Below, piece after piece: positions 24,241-38,400 of a stretch of DNA of 64,000 bases. The position numbers and the translations under genes were made by a program. Position 1 is the stretch's first letter. Every line of letters begins with the position of its first letter. This DNA is from Bispira polyomma (taxonomy: Eukaryota), in NCBI GenBank assembly GCA_965649765.1, contig OZ287757.1, forward strand, positions 33,852,001 through 33,916,000. Direction: 5' to 3'. The notes below the pieces were generated by a model. The model was not told the DNA's origin. It did not search any database and saw nothing but the letters and a program-made list of their open reading frames with translations.

Positions 24241-27200
24241 CTGATGCCAAAGTTTCCAAATAATCTGTTGAGAATTAGGTGTTTTTGTGAAATAAGTTGT
24301 TCAGCTATCTCGGGGGTGTCCTACAACATGGAAAAGTTTGACGACCCTGTCCATTGACAGACAAGTGTATTCGTTAAAGCCATGTCCTTTGGCCAGCAGC
24401 TGACCATATAAAATATTTTTTGTATAGCCCATCTCAACACATCGGAATAAAATCTATTTGGTACACTGCATTTGACATAAAGAATTTTTTTTTTACATTT
24501 GGGATGTAATCGATTGTTGCAAGTATTTTCCCTCATTATAGTGGAATTGCTCTCCATTGGTGGCAAAGGGGGTACAAGATTAATAAGCCCGTAACTGACA
24601 AACTGTTGAAAATTTATTTGATAAAGTAAGTTGTTCGGCTGCTGTTTTGGTCTGCTACCTCTTTGCAAAGTTTGAATGTTCTACTGGTGTATGTAACATA
24701 CTTAAATAAGAAAGTAGTCTGTAACTGACAAACTATTAGAAATTAGGTGCTTTTGTAACACAAGTTGGTTAGCTTCTCTTTGTGATGCTACAACATGGCA
24801 CAGTGTAAGGTCTTGGTGTAGCGAGTGCTTATAATGAGTAGCTAGCCAGTAACTCACAAATTTTTGGGAATGGTTGCTTTAGATGTGTTATAACCCTAAT
24901 ATTTTGACTGGTAAAGGGGAGGTTTTTTACACAATTAATGATATACCTAACCTAGAGATATGTCGCATCGTTGTTGTTGTCTTGCCCAAGAATAGACCTG
25001 CATCTGAATGTGTTCTTTCAGTAATATTACCTTGGTTTATTTCAGTAAAAGTTTTTCATAAGTAATAATAGCAGGCCAAGAGAGGTGCAGTACTAGAGAA
25101 CATGTTGCTTTAATTTTCACACTGAATATACCATTTTCTTGAAAGGTATTGAGATATTCCAAGCATGTGTACTTTATTAAGAGTAATGTGTGTCATACAG
25201 AATTTTAAAGAACTATATTTTACAATTATAGTTATTTTAAGTCAAATTCACTTTTATGTAGATAAATATCTCTAATTTTTCTATGGAATTGACTTTTAAA
25301 ATTTTACCGGTTCAGTGAAAATGCTGCTCAAGTAGAGATATTTCAACTGATCCCTCAAGGTTTGACTTTAAGGGAATCATAGTGATATTGGGTACTATCC
25401 AGATAGTGTTCCCACTCTTTTTGAAATACCTTTACGAACACATAATATTTGAATTACTGGTGACCAACTCTGAGTTTGCGTAAAATACAAAGCACATTAA
25501 AACAGCATGATAATTATTCACTTGATTTTATTTGTCTTTGCATTCCATCAATAGCACCATTTTATTATTATTACTATTATTAGCATTATACGTATTATTG
25601 TAATAAGTGAACAGTATTTTTTAAACAATCCTTTACTAGAGGTTTTTTGGAGTAATCTTATTCATTGAAATTGCATGTTAAGAAAAAAAAACTTTGTATA
25701 AATGTTGTCACTTTATGAACAAAATGATAGAAATATTTGTGATTACAGCATCAACACAAAACTGTGATTGTAAAAAGTTTAAACGTTCATGTACTTGATA
25801 CTGATGGAAAACCACTACGTTGTATCTATAATACTACCATAAACATCCATATTATGATGTGGTACTATGAGTATTTTTCTACAACATGATCAGATGTACA
25901 ATTAACACAATATATCAGTTGTCATGACATGACAAAGACAACACATATGCTTCAAAATATACTGTATTCTAAATTAATCCCTGACTAGAACAAACTGTCC
26001 CACTGGAAATGTTACATATATAAAACCAAACATTCCAATGGCAAATAAATTAGTTTTAAAAATTTCAGTTAGCTTTACTGTGACTCTTCTTACGCATGAA
26101 GAAGCCTTCCTGTTTGTTTAACTACACATAAAGTATGAGTAACTGAAATAAACTCATAAACTGAGTCAAAAATATTCCCCCCTTCTTATAATTGCTATAA
26201 ACCATGTTTACAAATAAATAGATCTATATATATACCACATATTTACAATATATCAAACATATCAACAACATATGCACAATTTATTAGTTGTACAAACTTT
26301 ATATCGTCATATTATTGCTATTTAAATACACATATGTTAATATTAATAATACTCTATAGCATATTGATAATACACAGATTATTATTAATAATAATATTAA
26401 GATTATTGCACACCATTAATAATGCACTACCTACAGAACGTTGATATAGCAATGATAAATCACCAACACTTTTTTTATTCACTAGAAAAATATATATATT
26501 TAAGAGAACACAAACCAAAAACTGATGCTATATATACTACTATATGGAACACTACATAGCAAATATCTTTGCCTTAGCTGTAACGCTTTGCACTAGCAAT
26601 GACAGAATTGGCAAAATAAGGCTAATATAACTTACTATAGATAATGAACAAATGTTAGATAAAAACACGGATTGCTGTCTTCTCAGTTATCAATCATTTC
26701 AGAGGTTAATATATATCTTGTTCACCTCATAATGGTATTTAAATAAGTAACTAAAACAGAGTTTACTACAAAAAATACTTCCATTTGATATGCTTATTAC
26801 AACTTACGAAAATATCCCCATTTTCAACAAAAGGTTTTCACCTTTAATTAATAAACTGAAATGATGATATATAGCGTTATTTTTTGTGTATGTGTTATAC
26901 CAGCTGCTTTATATTTTGCAGCAAAACGATTCTGCAAAATAGATGCTACTTATCTGCATCCTAATTACTTTTCATATAGAATGACGACCAATCAGCTAGT
27001 TTAAACCCAATGTAATTAAAGTTAAATGCAAAAGCAGAGTCCAGGAGAGACTAAATATGTTATAATAGCATGTATTAATATTATTATTTAAAGTTTCACA
27101 TCACGTATTTTCATTGAATGAAAACTAACGTTGATTATGTTATTTTACAAGCAAATAAAAACTTAGTTTTAAGAATCTTTTAGAGCAAGAACTATGGTAC

Positions 27201-28897
27201 AATAGAACCTCTATTATCTGATAACATATTTGGGAGAGAAAAAAATTTTGTTTCGATACTAGAAGTTTTATAGAATAAAAATATCATTTCAGCATTAAAC
27301 AATAGAATAAATGTAAATTTGGTCAAGTGAAACTGTGTTTATAATATAGAATATTTGGATGGATAATTAAAATTTAGATTAAAAAAGTTTGGATAATAGA
27401 GGGTCTATTGTGTAGATGTAAAAAGGAAAGATATATACATGTACTATACTTCTTCACAAATAAATTTAAACTTCATATGCTGTCCAATATAGAGGTATGA
27501 TCTCTACATATATAGAATGAACATAGAAAAAAGCACAATGGATGTAAAATTATGAGTCAATGAGATACAGCATACGTGTGAACAATATCGATATTGCTTG
27601 AGTTTCGACTTGAGGTAGAATCCGCAACAAGCTATAAGTCATATACGAGTACATTCTGATGCCGCACTTCAGATAGTGACGTATATATATCAGGGCATTA
27701 TCAAACCTATTGTAAGCTGAGTACCTCAAAGTCACCTCAACTTTCTGCACCCTATTTACAATAGATTTATTGCCGCACACTAATAAATGAGGCCTCTCTT
27801 GTTGTAACGTTTATTGTTTTGACCATATTGATGAAACATCAAGTCGTTTATTTTGTCATCCTCTTGTCAGTTTAGAATTTTGGTCTTTTGATGTCCAAAA
27901 CATTTAGTTTTTGAGTCAATTTCTATTTGACTAAATATTAGATACACATGTATTCCTATATGCTAACTTGTGACTAAAAATATTTTTTTCAATGACTTTT
28001 TGTTTTCAGAACAAATTACTCTTCTGATGTGTTTGTACAATAGAGGTACAATTTAGCCTATCTTTAACGTTTTGGCATTTCCAATTTAAGGGCAGTTCAG
28101 TAGTAGTATAAATAGGAGTGTTTTTGTACATTTGTACACACATTTTTATACCCAGTCTCATTCCCTCATTTACAGAATCTCACAGAACTCGACCCGCTTC
28201 GATATCACAAATTTATAACTTTAATAGACAAAAAGTTGTCTTGGGAGGATGTTATACAGTAGAGCCTCTTTTATCTGAACATGTTGGAGAGCATTTTGGA
28301 TAACAGAAGGTTTATAAAATAGAAGAGTCATATTAGTACCAAACAATTGAGGAAAACATCAATTTGGGAGAGCGAAAATGAGTTCATTAAATTGAATATT
28401 TGGACAACAGAAGTTTGGATAATAGAGGTTCTTCTCTATCACAATTAACTTCTAGAAGGAAAGCGGGTTTAAATGATTGAGATGTTATTAAGCCACATTA
28501 ATATACCACAGCAGACTCTGTATAAGTAGAACCAGTATATACCCTAAACTCCCTCGTAATAGCCCATGCTTTCATAAGAGCCCATCCCTAGTTTTCTATA
28601 AATACTGTTAAAATTTTGAATGAAAAAACCACATTTTCTTTAGAGCCCATCCCCTACCTTTCCTTAAGTTCAAGTTAAAAGCCCGTGGGCTATTACAAGG
28701 GAGTTTAGGGTATAAGCCAAATTGATGCATACCTGGAACAAAATTTTATGGTCCCAGTATTTCAAAATGGTAAACTAGGTAAAAATACAAATCAGACACA
28801 TCAGACAGACAACAAAATCCTGTAGATACTGAAAATTTGACTTTTACAGAGTTCACTTTACATGTGCACTGTGTGGGCTTTACGAAGTCAATATTTT

Positions 28898-29367
28898 GAC
28901 CACTCAGTGAGTGATAATATCTGTCTTTATAACATTAGTATTTCATAATGAAACTATATCTATTTTTTGTGTGCACATCATATATGGAGCACATAAATTA
29001 ACATATTAACCACTGAGTGATAATATGTGTGTTGTTTTACACAAGTCTCTCATAACAGAACTACCTTTTTGTCCATATTGTATGGAAGATACAAATTACC
29101 ATATTAACCACTGACTGAGTGATAATATGTGTGTTATTTAACACTAGTCTCTTATAACGGAACTACTTTTTGTCCACATTGTATAGAGCCCACAGATTTA
29201 ATATATTAACCACTGAGTGAGTGATAATATGTGTGTTGTTTTACCCAAGTCTCTCATAACGGAACTACTTTTTGTCCACATTGTATAGAGCATACAAGTC
29301 AAAATATTGGTCACTGACTGAGTGATAATCTAGTCCTCTCAAAACAGCGCTATTTTCTTTTGTTCAC
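28898..29367. repeat. Tandem repeat, about 100-110-bp unit x4.5
   Basis: CACTGAGTGATAATATGTG...TCTCATAACGGAACTACTTTTTGTCCAC units start at about 28900, 29011, 29109, 29211, 29312. Confidence 0.88.
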
Positions 29368-29484
29368 TTAGAATGCCAAATCATCCACTGCCATTGCCGA
29401 TGAATTATTTTCTTCCACACATTTGTTTGTCAGGTACTGGGCTGTCGTTTTCTCTAGAAAGTCTTGCGAAATTGACTGCGAAAC
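29368..29484 (-). CDS. Candidate terminal coding exon of an unidentified large minus-strand gene
   Basis: Strong acceptor TATTTTATTTCTATTTTACAG|GTTTCG, raised GC. Phase 0 reads VSQSISQDFLEKTTAQYLTNKCVEENNSSAMAVDDLAF*; phase 1 reads (G)FAVNFARLSRENDSPVPDKQMCGRK*. Followed by long AT-rich UTR-like sequence. Confidence 0.55.
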   Translation of the reverse strand, partial: VSQSISQDFLEKTTAQYLTNKCVEENNSSAMAVDDLAF

Positions 29485-29934
29485 CTGTAAAATAGAAATA
29501 AAATACATGTACTTATGTTTTATTAAATATCACCAGAACTTACAGTACTTTTATATGCAGATATTGAAAACTAGAAAAAAAGAGGTAAAAGAATCATATG
29601 AAAACATAAAACAGCAAAACCTAAATTATCCAAACTTCTATTATCTGAATATTAAATTTTAGGAACACACGTTCACTCTCCCAAATTTACATTTTCCCAT
29701 TGTTATCTTATACTAAAATGCCCCTTCTATTTTATGAACCTTCCTAGTATCCGAACAAAATCTTGCTATCTCCCAACATGTCCAGATAGTAGTATAGAGG
29801 TTTTTGTGTACAATAAGTGGTAAGCGTCTTCAAATGTCTTTCTTATAAATATCTTAACCGTAAAATTGAGCAATAATCAACCTGTTCCGCAGGGTTGATC
29901 ACAACATATGTATTGTATTTTACATTTTGAAGGG

Positions 29935-30990
29935 ACTTATTGATGTGAGACATCTTCTAAAGCGCAACAAAAGAATCAATTAACCAATCGAGAAGTCGAA
30001 AAACATAAGGAATGATGTGGGAATGTACATGGAGGGAATAAGGTGGGGAGTAGTTTGACGAGAAAGGTTTTAAGTTTTGTACAAAACCCAGAAACTGTTT
30101 CTGGTGATCCAAGCTCAACTGAGAGACTATTTCATAACATAGGGACCGCAATTGACAAAGCTCTAGATCCAGCCCTCTTGGTAGGTTTTACTGAAGGAAA
30201 CAGAAAGTCTATTTCATCTCTCAAGGTTGCTGAAAGGAAAGACGAGTAGCAAGTTAGGGGGCTGCGGTGGCCTAGTGATTAGCAAGCATTGCGCTTCACA
30301 ATCACTGGTCTCTCACTTCTGGGCAGCGTGAGTTCGAATCCTGTCGATGCCTATGTGGGAAAGGTGGTAGTTCCTTACTGTGGGCCGCTGGTTTCAGTGC
30401 AGAACCTTGATCAACTGTATGCAGTGTTTCCTCCAGCGTTTCCAACTACCCGTCCTAATATAACCTAAACAGGTACTAGAGTGGACGCTAAATATCCAAA
30501 TTAAAAAAAAAAGAAATAAAAAAAAGCAAGTTAGGAGGGCTGTAGAGCGACAACAGTATTGCAAGTGGTGACATATGATGCAATATTAAGACCATACTAC
30601 ATATCCATGAATTTACACTTGAACAACATCAAAATTAAGTTGACACTTTATATATAAAAAGTTAATTACACTGCTGATTCAACCAATCAGTAAAAGATAT
30701 ACATGTATGTCTACATCTAATAGCATATAATCAGTAACAAAAGAAAAATCCCTCACTAAAGGTATATGAGCATATTTTTTTTATTGTTCTTTTTTTTTGC
30801 AAAAAAACCAAAGCGATTGTTGAGGAGGATGGAGTAAGCTGATTTGTGTGGGACAATTTGTACAATTTGTGATATGGAGTCTTCATTAGGCGTTGATTTG
30901 TCAGTTGATTGGTACATGGTCTTACAACACAGAAAGTATACAGGGACCAAGAGTTGTTTTTACCACCAAAAACACATCACAGCCTCAAAG
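29935..30990 (-). mobile_element. Decayed L2-like LINE 3' portion, interrupted by a SINE
   Basis: Tail CATCTTCTAAAGCGCAACAA shared with about 880-1010, 36343 and 47095-47235; LKTFLV-type C-terminus. Confidence 0.6.
30257..30524 (+). mobile_element. Young tRNA-headed SINE (family 1), full length with TSD
   Basis: GGGGCTGCGGTGGCCTAGTG (A box)...GAGTTCGAATCC (B box)...A-rich tail; TSD AGCAAGTTAGG at 30248-30258 and 30525-30535. Confidence 0.9.
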
Positions 30991-32148
30991 TCTTTACACA
31001 GTCGAAGTTTTTGTTTGGCAGATATAGATAGACAAGATACAGTGTTAAACCCCTTTTAGGGAGAACTCTGTTAAGTCGATTTATTTTATTATGTGGAGAG
31101 AAATTGGAAGTACAAATATAGAAGTGGCATGTTAGTATAAAATAATGGTAAACAATAAGTTTAGAAGAGTCAAATTGAGTTTGTAAAATCGAATATTTGG
31201 ATAATAGAGGGTTGGATAAAAATCATAACTCAAATGCGGATTATCCACCTAAATTATACAACTAAAAGATTACTAAAACAAGAAAAGTATGTGTAAAACT
31301 AGAATCAAAAGTCAAAGAGTTTTGAATGTTTCTGCGCATCATACAAAGGTAACAACATGCTCAGAACCTTTGTACATGTAAAACTAGAGTGACAAGTCAG
31401 AGATTTAACAAGTTGCTGGGCATCATATAAAGGTACAATATGCTGAGAAGCTTTGTCGTCTAGAACTTGTTCTGTGATGTGTGTACACAATAGCTTTCCA
31501 ACTGATTTGTTGTCCAAATGTTGGGAAAGATACGTATATCTGATTACACTGTCTCTATATTGGCAGATCAATAAGTTTGCACTTTTATAGACAGATCGGA
31601 TACAATTTCTGGCGACAGCCTTGAAACCATATGCCCAGGTTTCCATGTAGCAGGCTGACAACTGGCAGCTGATTGCCGGCTGCCAATTGTGTTTCAATAA
31701 AGCTGAATATAGCTGAATTATTAGAGCAAATGTACTTCTTTAAATGGCGGAAAGAATGTAGATTAAAATTGTCTTTTGTGGAAGCAAATTGTACACAAAT
31801 AAGACAAAATTATGGAATGATCGATAGTTTAATTACAGTTAGAAAGAAAGTGTTCATTATAGTTAGCAGAGCTGTCAAACACATTTGTAAAATTTTTAAG
31901 TGGAGTTAGTGACGTCAGATTGGTACCAGCAAACTGCATATATATTCTAACCGAGTTGATTTTACAGGCTAATTTTAGGAACCAAAGGCACTATGATAAT
32001 CAGCATTTAGACAAATCGTGTTAATTTTGTGTTCATATTAAACAGGTTTTATCAAGCGTCCAGCCAATGCCAATGTCCGAAAAAACAAACCAGGCAAGTA
32101 TGGACCGCTGGCCATTAGTCTTATTATAACGTATTTCCTGTATCTTAC

Positions 32149-32159
32149 ACCATTGCCAT
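32149..32159 (-). CDS. Candidate 11-nt microexon ATGGCAATGGT
   Basis: Branch point ACTAAC at 32225-32220, about 58-nt AG-free pyrimidine tract ending TTTTCTATTTTCCAG, donor GGT|GTAAGA. Confidence 0.55.
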
Positions 32160-32255
32160 CTGGAAAATAGAAAAGTTGGATACAGATAAAGATAAAATAT
32201 AACGAGTGATAGAACCGGTGTTAGTCCTCGTCTATATGGAAAATAGACACTTATA

Positions 32256-32441
32256 CAGTAAAAACTCTATTATCCGACCCTTTATTATCCGAATATTTGA
32301 TTTTACAAACGAAATTTCACTCTTCCAAACTTATTTTTTGCTATTGTTTTATACTAAAATGCCACTTCTATTTTACGGACCTTCTATTATCCAAACCAAT
32401 TCTAACTCTCCCAAGATGTCCGTAAAATAGAGGTTCTACTG
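32256..32441. mobile_element. MITE family A, young copy
   Basis: TA-flanked TIRs; near-identical to 61613-61782 and, in reverse, to 52233-52403. Confidence 0.9.
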
Positions 32442-35400
32442 TACTTCTACACATTGGTGGTATGTAAGTGAGGTGCTGGCTGCATAGGGATAATACGGTA
32501 CCACACATGAATTTAATTTTAAACTGCCATCCCTGCAGGTTTTTCGAAAACTTTATTAAACCCTTAGTTCTTTGCAGAAAAATAATATAAGAGATATTTT
32601 TTTTGTCAATAGAAAACCTATGTGTAGAAAGTTGTATCAATATAATCACAATGACAACTTGACACATGTCAATTTGCTGTCATTTCACAAAAGAATGCTT
32701 ATGATCTGAAAAATTTAATCTCTCCCAATACCTTTTATATTATAACACAAAAGGGAGTCCCAAGATAGTTATTGCTGTTACTTTGTTCAACCAGTAGGAT
32801 TTTTTTGGTTTTGAAATTTGTTCTCCTTTGAGAAAGTGTCGGATATGAAATACTGTACAAGTGGAAATTTTAGCGGACAGGAAATTTCAAAATTTTTGAG
32901 AAGTTTGATAGAAACTAATTTTCACTATTGGCAATGTTTAACTTAAATTATCGATACAAGCATCTAGAAGCATGGATTGAATCAGGTAGAAAATTTTATA
33001 AACATCGGATTTTTTTGTCAAAAGATAAAAATTAACTTTAAAATGTAGCTTGTTAAACACTCACATAATGTATTTAAACATAACAAAAGGGATCCAGGTA
33101 CTTTACCATATTGATCTGAACAAATGCCACAAGTTTAATTGCTTCACCATTGTTCATAAAACCAGTCATGTACACTGGCCCTTGTGTTGTTTGTAAACCA
33201 CAGAATTTAATATTATGTCACAGGAGTGTAAAAATAGGACACACAGACAGCTTATAGAAAGTTTACAAGTATTTATTCAAGCTCCTTAAAAGCTCTTTAC
33301 ATTAACAACACAGGGATAAGGAGATGTTAACTGAATACTTCTGAAGAAACCAAGCTCATATCAGATACAATGGTTAACATACACTAGCTAGTTTAGGAAT
33401 ATGAATAAAAAGTATAGAATACTTTGTTCAAGCAGAAATCCATTTTTTTTTCATAATTGAAATTTGCGTCAAACAATATTACGATCCGACCTGTATTATT
33501 GATGCCCATGTACCCTCGGCTACATTTTTATACTTTTTAATAATTGTATTTGTATTCGTAATCGGGAATACAACCCTCTGACAGAGGACTGAAACTTCCA
33601 GTTGGTCATCCAAAGAGGTTATATATCTGATTCCTGAAAACCCCAGGTTGGGCTCAAACCTAGGTCTTCTGCATTCAAGCGTGTTTAACCAGTAGACCAC
33701 AGTGACATATGTTTAATAACTTATTGTATTTACAGAGACTCTATTACCCAGTCTTATCAGCTAAGTGCAATTTCTTATCTTATCGATTAGATCTGCCATA
33801 TAGCCTAACCACAATAAGCTGCAAATCTGAAATCAGTTTAACCAGCAAAAAAAAAAAAAGAAAGAAAGTCCCCTAAAAATTTGATAACAAAATTCTCAGT
33901 GTGTGTTCCCAACCCCCCAAAAAAACTATTCTGACCTTGTTGATTTCATTTTGAGTCATCTGGATAAGTACTTAAGGGATATCACCTAAGTGATTAAGCA
34001 AGTTCCCTTTTTAAAGCTTTTTTTGTGTGTTTAGGAATCTATCCATAGTTTAAGGAAAAAAATTAACTTATCTTTAACTTATCAAATTTATGTTTTCCTA
34101 TTGTTTTGTACAAAAAACTCTCTAATGGTATAAATCTTCTATTATCCAAACACAGTCTTGCTCAGCCAGCATAGTCAGATAATGGAGCTTTCACTGTACA
34201 ACTTTAAACCTCTATTATCCAACCTCCCTAGGAGAGTGAACATCTATTTGGATAATACAATGTCCACAACATAGAGGAAATATTTGAGAATGAAAACAAA
34301 TATTCCAAATTGCAAATGTATGCTATTTTCCTTCATTATTAAAGGACATTTCTAAGTACAATGTACATGTAAACAGTCTAACCATTACAATTTATTAATA
34401 AGTTATTCTATTCTCTTAATTATTAGATTAATGTCAAAGGCTAACCTTAACTTAAGGACTTTTTTTGTTATCTCAAGCCCACATAGCTTGAGGTTATATA
34501 TTTTTAATCTGGTTAGTGCAATGCATGTCATGCTCACACAATTCATTCTATTAACTGTTGAGACCAGATTTTATATTTTTGGCATACATCATAAAAAAAG
34601 GTAATAGCCAAAATTCATGGGAACATAATTACATTATCTGATAAGCAATGTTACAAGCAGATAAGAGGGAGTCAGTAATATGACTTGGGTATAGGTATGT
34701 ACTTGTGTGAAAGTGTTTGATAGAAGTGTTATTATAGTTTATAATAGGGAGTAAATGTTGGGAGGTAAATCACAACACAAGGCTGCCACTTATTAGCAGG
34801 GGAATTGACTCTCTGTGTGTGTTTTTATACTGCTTTATCTCTCAGGACAGGTGTGAACAGCATGCAATAATACTAATGTAATACATTTTACATGGAAAAA
34901 TTGTTAATGTCAGAATTACATTTTTTTTCTTACAATTTCTGAATGATTTTATTGGTATTGTATATTTTATCATTGGCCATTTTATATTTACATGTACATG
35001 TCCAAGATAAATAAGATTTAGAATTTGACTGGGTTTTGACTGGGAATGAATTTTATTCAAATTTACTTAGGAAAAACTCAATTTAGTGTTATTTCTGACT
35101 ATGTCCCTCTTGAAATGCAGGAAAAATTCATCCTTACAAGTTTCAGAATACTATCAGATTGAGATAAGGCTCTAGATAACAGAATTTTAAATTATTATTC
35201 CAAAATTTTTAGTGGCTTTTGATGACAATATATACTAGTACTCAATGCAAGCCATGTCCCAAAGGAAATTTTTAAACCAACTAATTAATCCTTTTGACCT
35301 CAAGAGTAAACTATTACGGGATCGACTCCAAGAGTAAACTATTATGGGAAAGGTTAATCTAAAAATCTAATCTAATTGATTATGTAATGACGCTTAATTT

Positions 35401-38400
35401 TCGTACTAATGAATTCTAAGGAGCAACAACCGAAATCATTGCTCAGTAGTCATATTGCGGTGGATAGAAAAAAAGAGTCATCATCAGAGAGGGATTTAGT
35501 CTGTGATGGTAAGACTGTGTCAGGTAGGATAAGCTGCTTGATAAAGATAGGTGTAAACGAAGGGATCTTAACACATTAATTTGTGACATCATATTCCAGA
35601 TAAATCTTGAAAAGTAGAGCCTTTGCTGTAGAAACAGGCTGAGAGTTCATGCTATTTCCTCGGTTATTAGATCAATTTCTGACTACATCTAAAACCTTTA
35701 CTTTATGGAGTTTGAACAGTTTACTGTATTAAGTTATTATTATTCGCCTAATGTAATCAATAACTAGGCCCTAATTAAGCTTTCATGAAATAAGCAGAAG
35801 CATTTTCTATCATTACCAAATAGCGAAAAACTAAAATTTCAGCGAGAAGATATATAACACATGGAATCAGGTTATGAAATGAAATATTTGAAACTTCTAC
35901 GACTGTAGATTCTACCTGTATATCTTTTGCACAATTATGGTTTTCAGACTGATATATTTATCTTAATACAGACACACTTTGTACATATTTACACCCACTG
36001 TAGCACTATTTTCTTACTTCATCAGGTTTTGTAAAAGGGCAACTCATCAGAGTCAAGATGTACATGTATTGCTATATATATTTGATAATGTTCCACATGA
36101 CCTTTGAATATAATTTTTTTTTCTCCCGGAGAAAAAAATCATTTGGGAAGTTTCTAGTTGGCAATATTTGAGTTATTTATGTCAGGAGGTCGACTTATTC
36201 TGGCTGAACTTTCTTTTGTGATTACATGTATATATAATGATTAAATATTAAAAAGGCTCCGTGAACTGAATAACAGTAAATATTAGAAATTAGGCAATAT
36301 GATATGATATGGTAGATTCTTAAAGTGCCTAATTGATGCCAGGCATCTTCTAAAGGGCAACATCATTGACCGAGTTGTTAAAATCGTAGTCTGCTTCCAA
36401 TGCAATGTTCCGTCTATTATCTGAACATTTAATTTTTTGACTTTTCCACTCTCACAAATTGATGGTGTTCCTTTGGTTAAACTCTATTTTAAACCAGAAA
36501 TATTTGCAAATTTTACCACTCTTTAGAGTGTAGAAACGCTCAGGATTAACCTTTGTGGTCAAGGACCTCTAATCATTTAGTTCAGTTTTGGTGTACAATC
36601 GCTTACAACATGTCTTTCGTCATATCCCGATGGGAAGTTGTTTATTAGTGGGAGAAAATCAGAACCAGGTATATAGTTGGTCAAGGTTTTCTGCTCTGTG
36701 CCAGCCACCAGCCTTCAGCAAGTGTACAGCCAACATTCCCACTTACACACCCGAGCCAAGATTTGAACTCGTGACTATAGACCTGAAAAGGCGAGTTTGT
36801 TACCACTACACCACCATAAAGCTCCAAACTTCCAATCATGGTAGAAATTCTTGCTAATACTATCCCTGGTTTGGAATGGAAATAAGTCTTAAATGATATT
36901 GCTGTGAGATAAACCTGAGCCTTATATCAAGGCCATATCTTGTTATATTCTCCTGTCTACCTCTCCCCTGTATACAGGTCTCCTGTATAAACCCACATAG
37001 CTGCCAGATAAATCACATAAACTGCACATTTCCCCACCACTATATCACTCACTCAATACGTTCTAATAAACATGATAGATTTCTCACCATCTCTGATCTA
37101 ATCCCCACTGGTGAGTATATATATACCCACACATACACTCACATCTATATACACACATTCCAAGAAATAGATGTCTCTGGTTTACATACCTAGTTCCTCA
37201 CATCACAAAGACAAGATATATTATGCAGTAGAACCTCTATTATCCAAACATGTTGGGAGATCAAAAGATTTTGTTTGGTAATGATAGAACATTTCTATGT
37301 AAAACAATAGAAAATTGTTAATTTGGGAGAGTGGACATGACGAGGTCGTAAAATAGAATATTCGGATACTAGAAGTTTCACATAATAGAAGTTTCACTGT
37401 ATATCTAAAGTTAGCCTACTTTTCCATATAGCAGACTGCCAATTACCAACAGCTGGCAGTTGGTTCATGACAGCTGATTCTGGCGTTTCCATGTAGCCGA
37501 TTTCACCAGGGATTTTTCATGAGGTAAAGTAAGACTCTTGGATTGTCAGGATTTAGACACTTATATCAATTTATGGTGTTTACAAGCCGACAGTCGACCT
37601 ATTTTTTTCACTTCTAGTAAGGGAAAATAAATTTGCTAGTGTTGGAAAGACATTGAGATAAAAATACAGTAGAACCTCTATTATTTGAACTTGTTGAGAG
37701 AGCAAGATTGTGTGTACAGAAAATAGAAGTTTCATAATACATAAAGAGATACTTAGTATCATTAGTGCATACTTACAGAGAAAACGATTCCAGTACTCCA
37801 GTAAGGTGTGGTCGCTGGGATCCCCCCCTCCCACTTTTCCTGGCAGGTTGTCTACCAGAACCCTGTGGTTGTATTCTACCACACATAGCAGACTTTCTGG
37901 TGCCACTTATTAGTAGGTAGGTTGCAGGCAATAGTAGGTCATCGTGGATGAACAGTATGATGCCCAGTAGATGCTTTCTTGAGTAGATATCTGTTGTTTA
38001 GATGATATGTTGTGGTAGATTTTGAAGACAGCTAGGTTCTGCTATGTAGATGGCAGGTCATTGGTACGAAAATTATGGTACACAGTAGGTACTCTCATGG
38101 TATGTCTATTGTTAGTTGGTATTCTGCAGATTTTGAAGCGAGTTAGGTCATCCTAGGTGACAGGTCACTGGGCGAAAAAAAGGATGTACTCTTGCTAAGA
38201 TACCTGTTGTCACATAATAATAGCATGCTGTAGAGTTTTTGAAACCAGATATACTCCTTCCACATTGGTTGCAGGGGTGGTAGGATGCTGGACAGAGATG
38301 ATGGTGCCCTGTTGATACTGTCTTGATAAGATATCTGTTGGTGTTCGTTGGTTTTCGGAAGCCAGTTCGTTCTACTACACAATACGTGGCAGGTGGCTGG

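Noticed and set aside
28898-29367. CRISPR-like appearance of the repeat array (also 3251-3616)
   Set aside because: Whole units are similar with no unique spacers, and there are no cas genes
30257-30345. tRNA gene-like A/B boxes (also at 47590-47680, 15850-15940, 90-179)
   Set aside because: These are SINE heads followed by a common body, A-rich tail and TSDs, not standalone tRNA genes
33100-33205. Open frame CGLQTTQGPVYMTGFMNNGEAIKLVAFVQINM on the minus strand
   Set aside because: No convincing acceptor, weak donor and no recognisable homology
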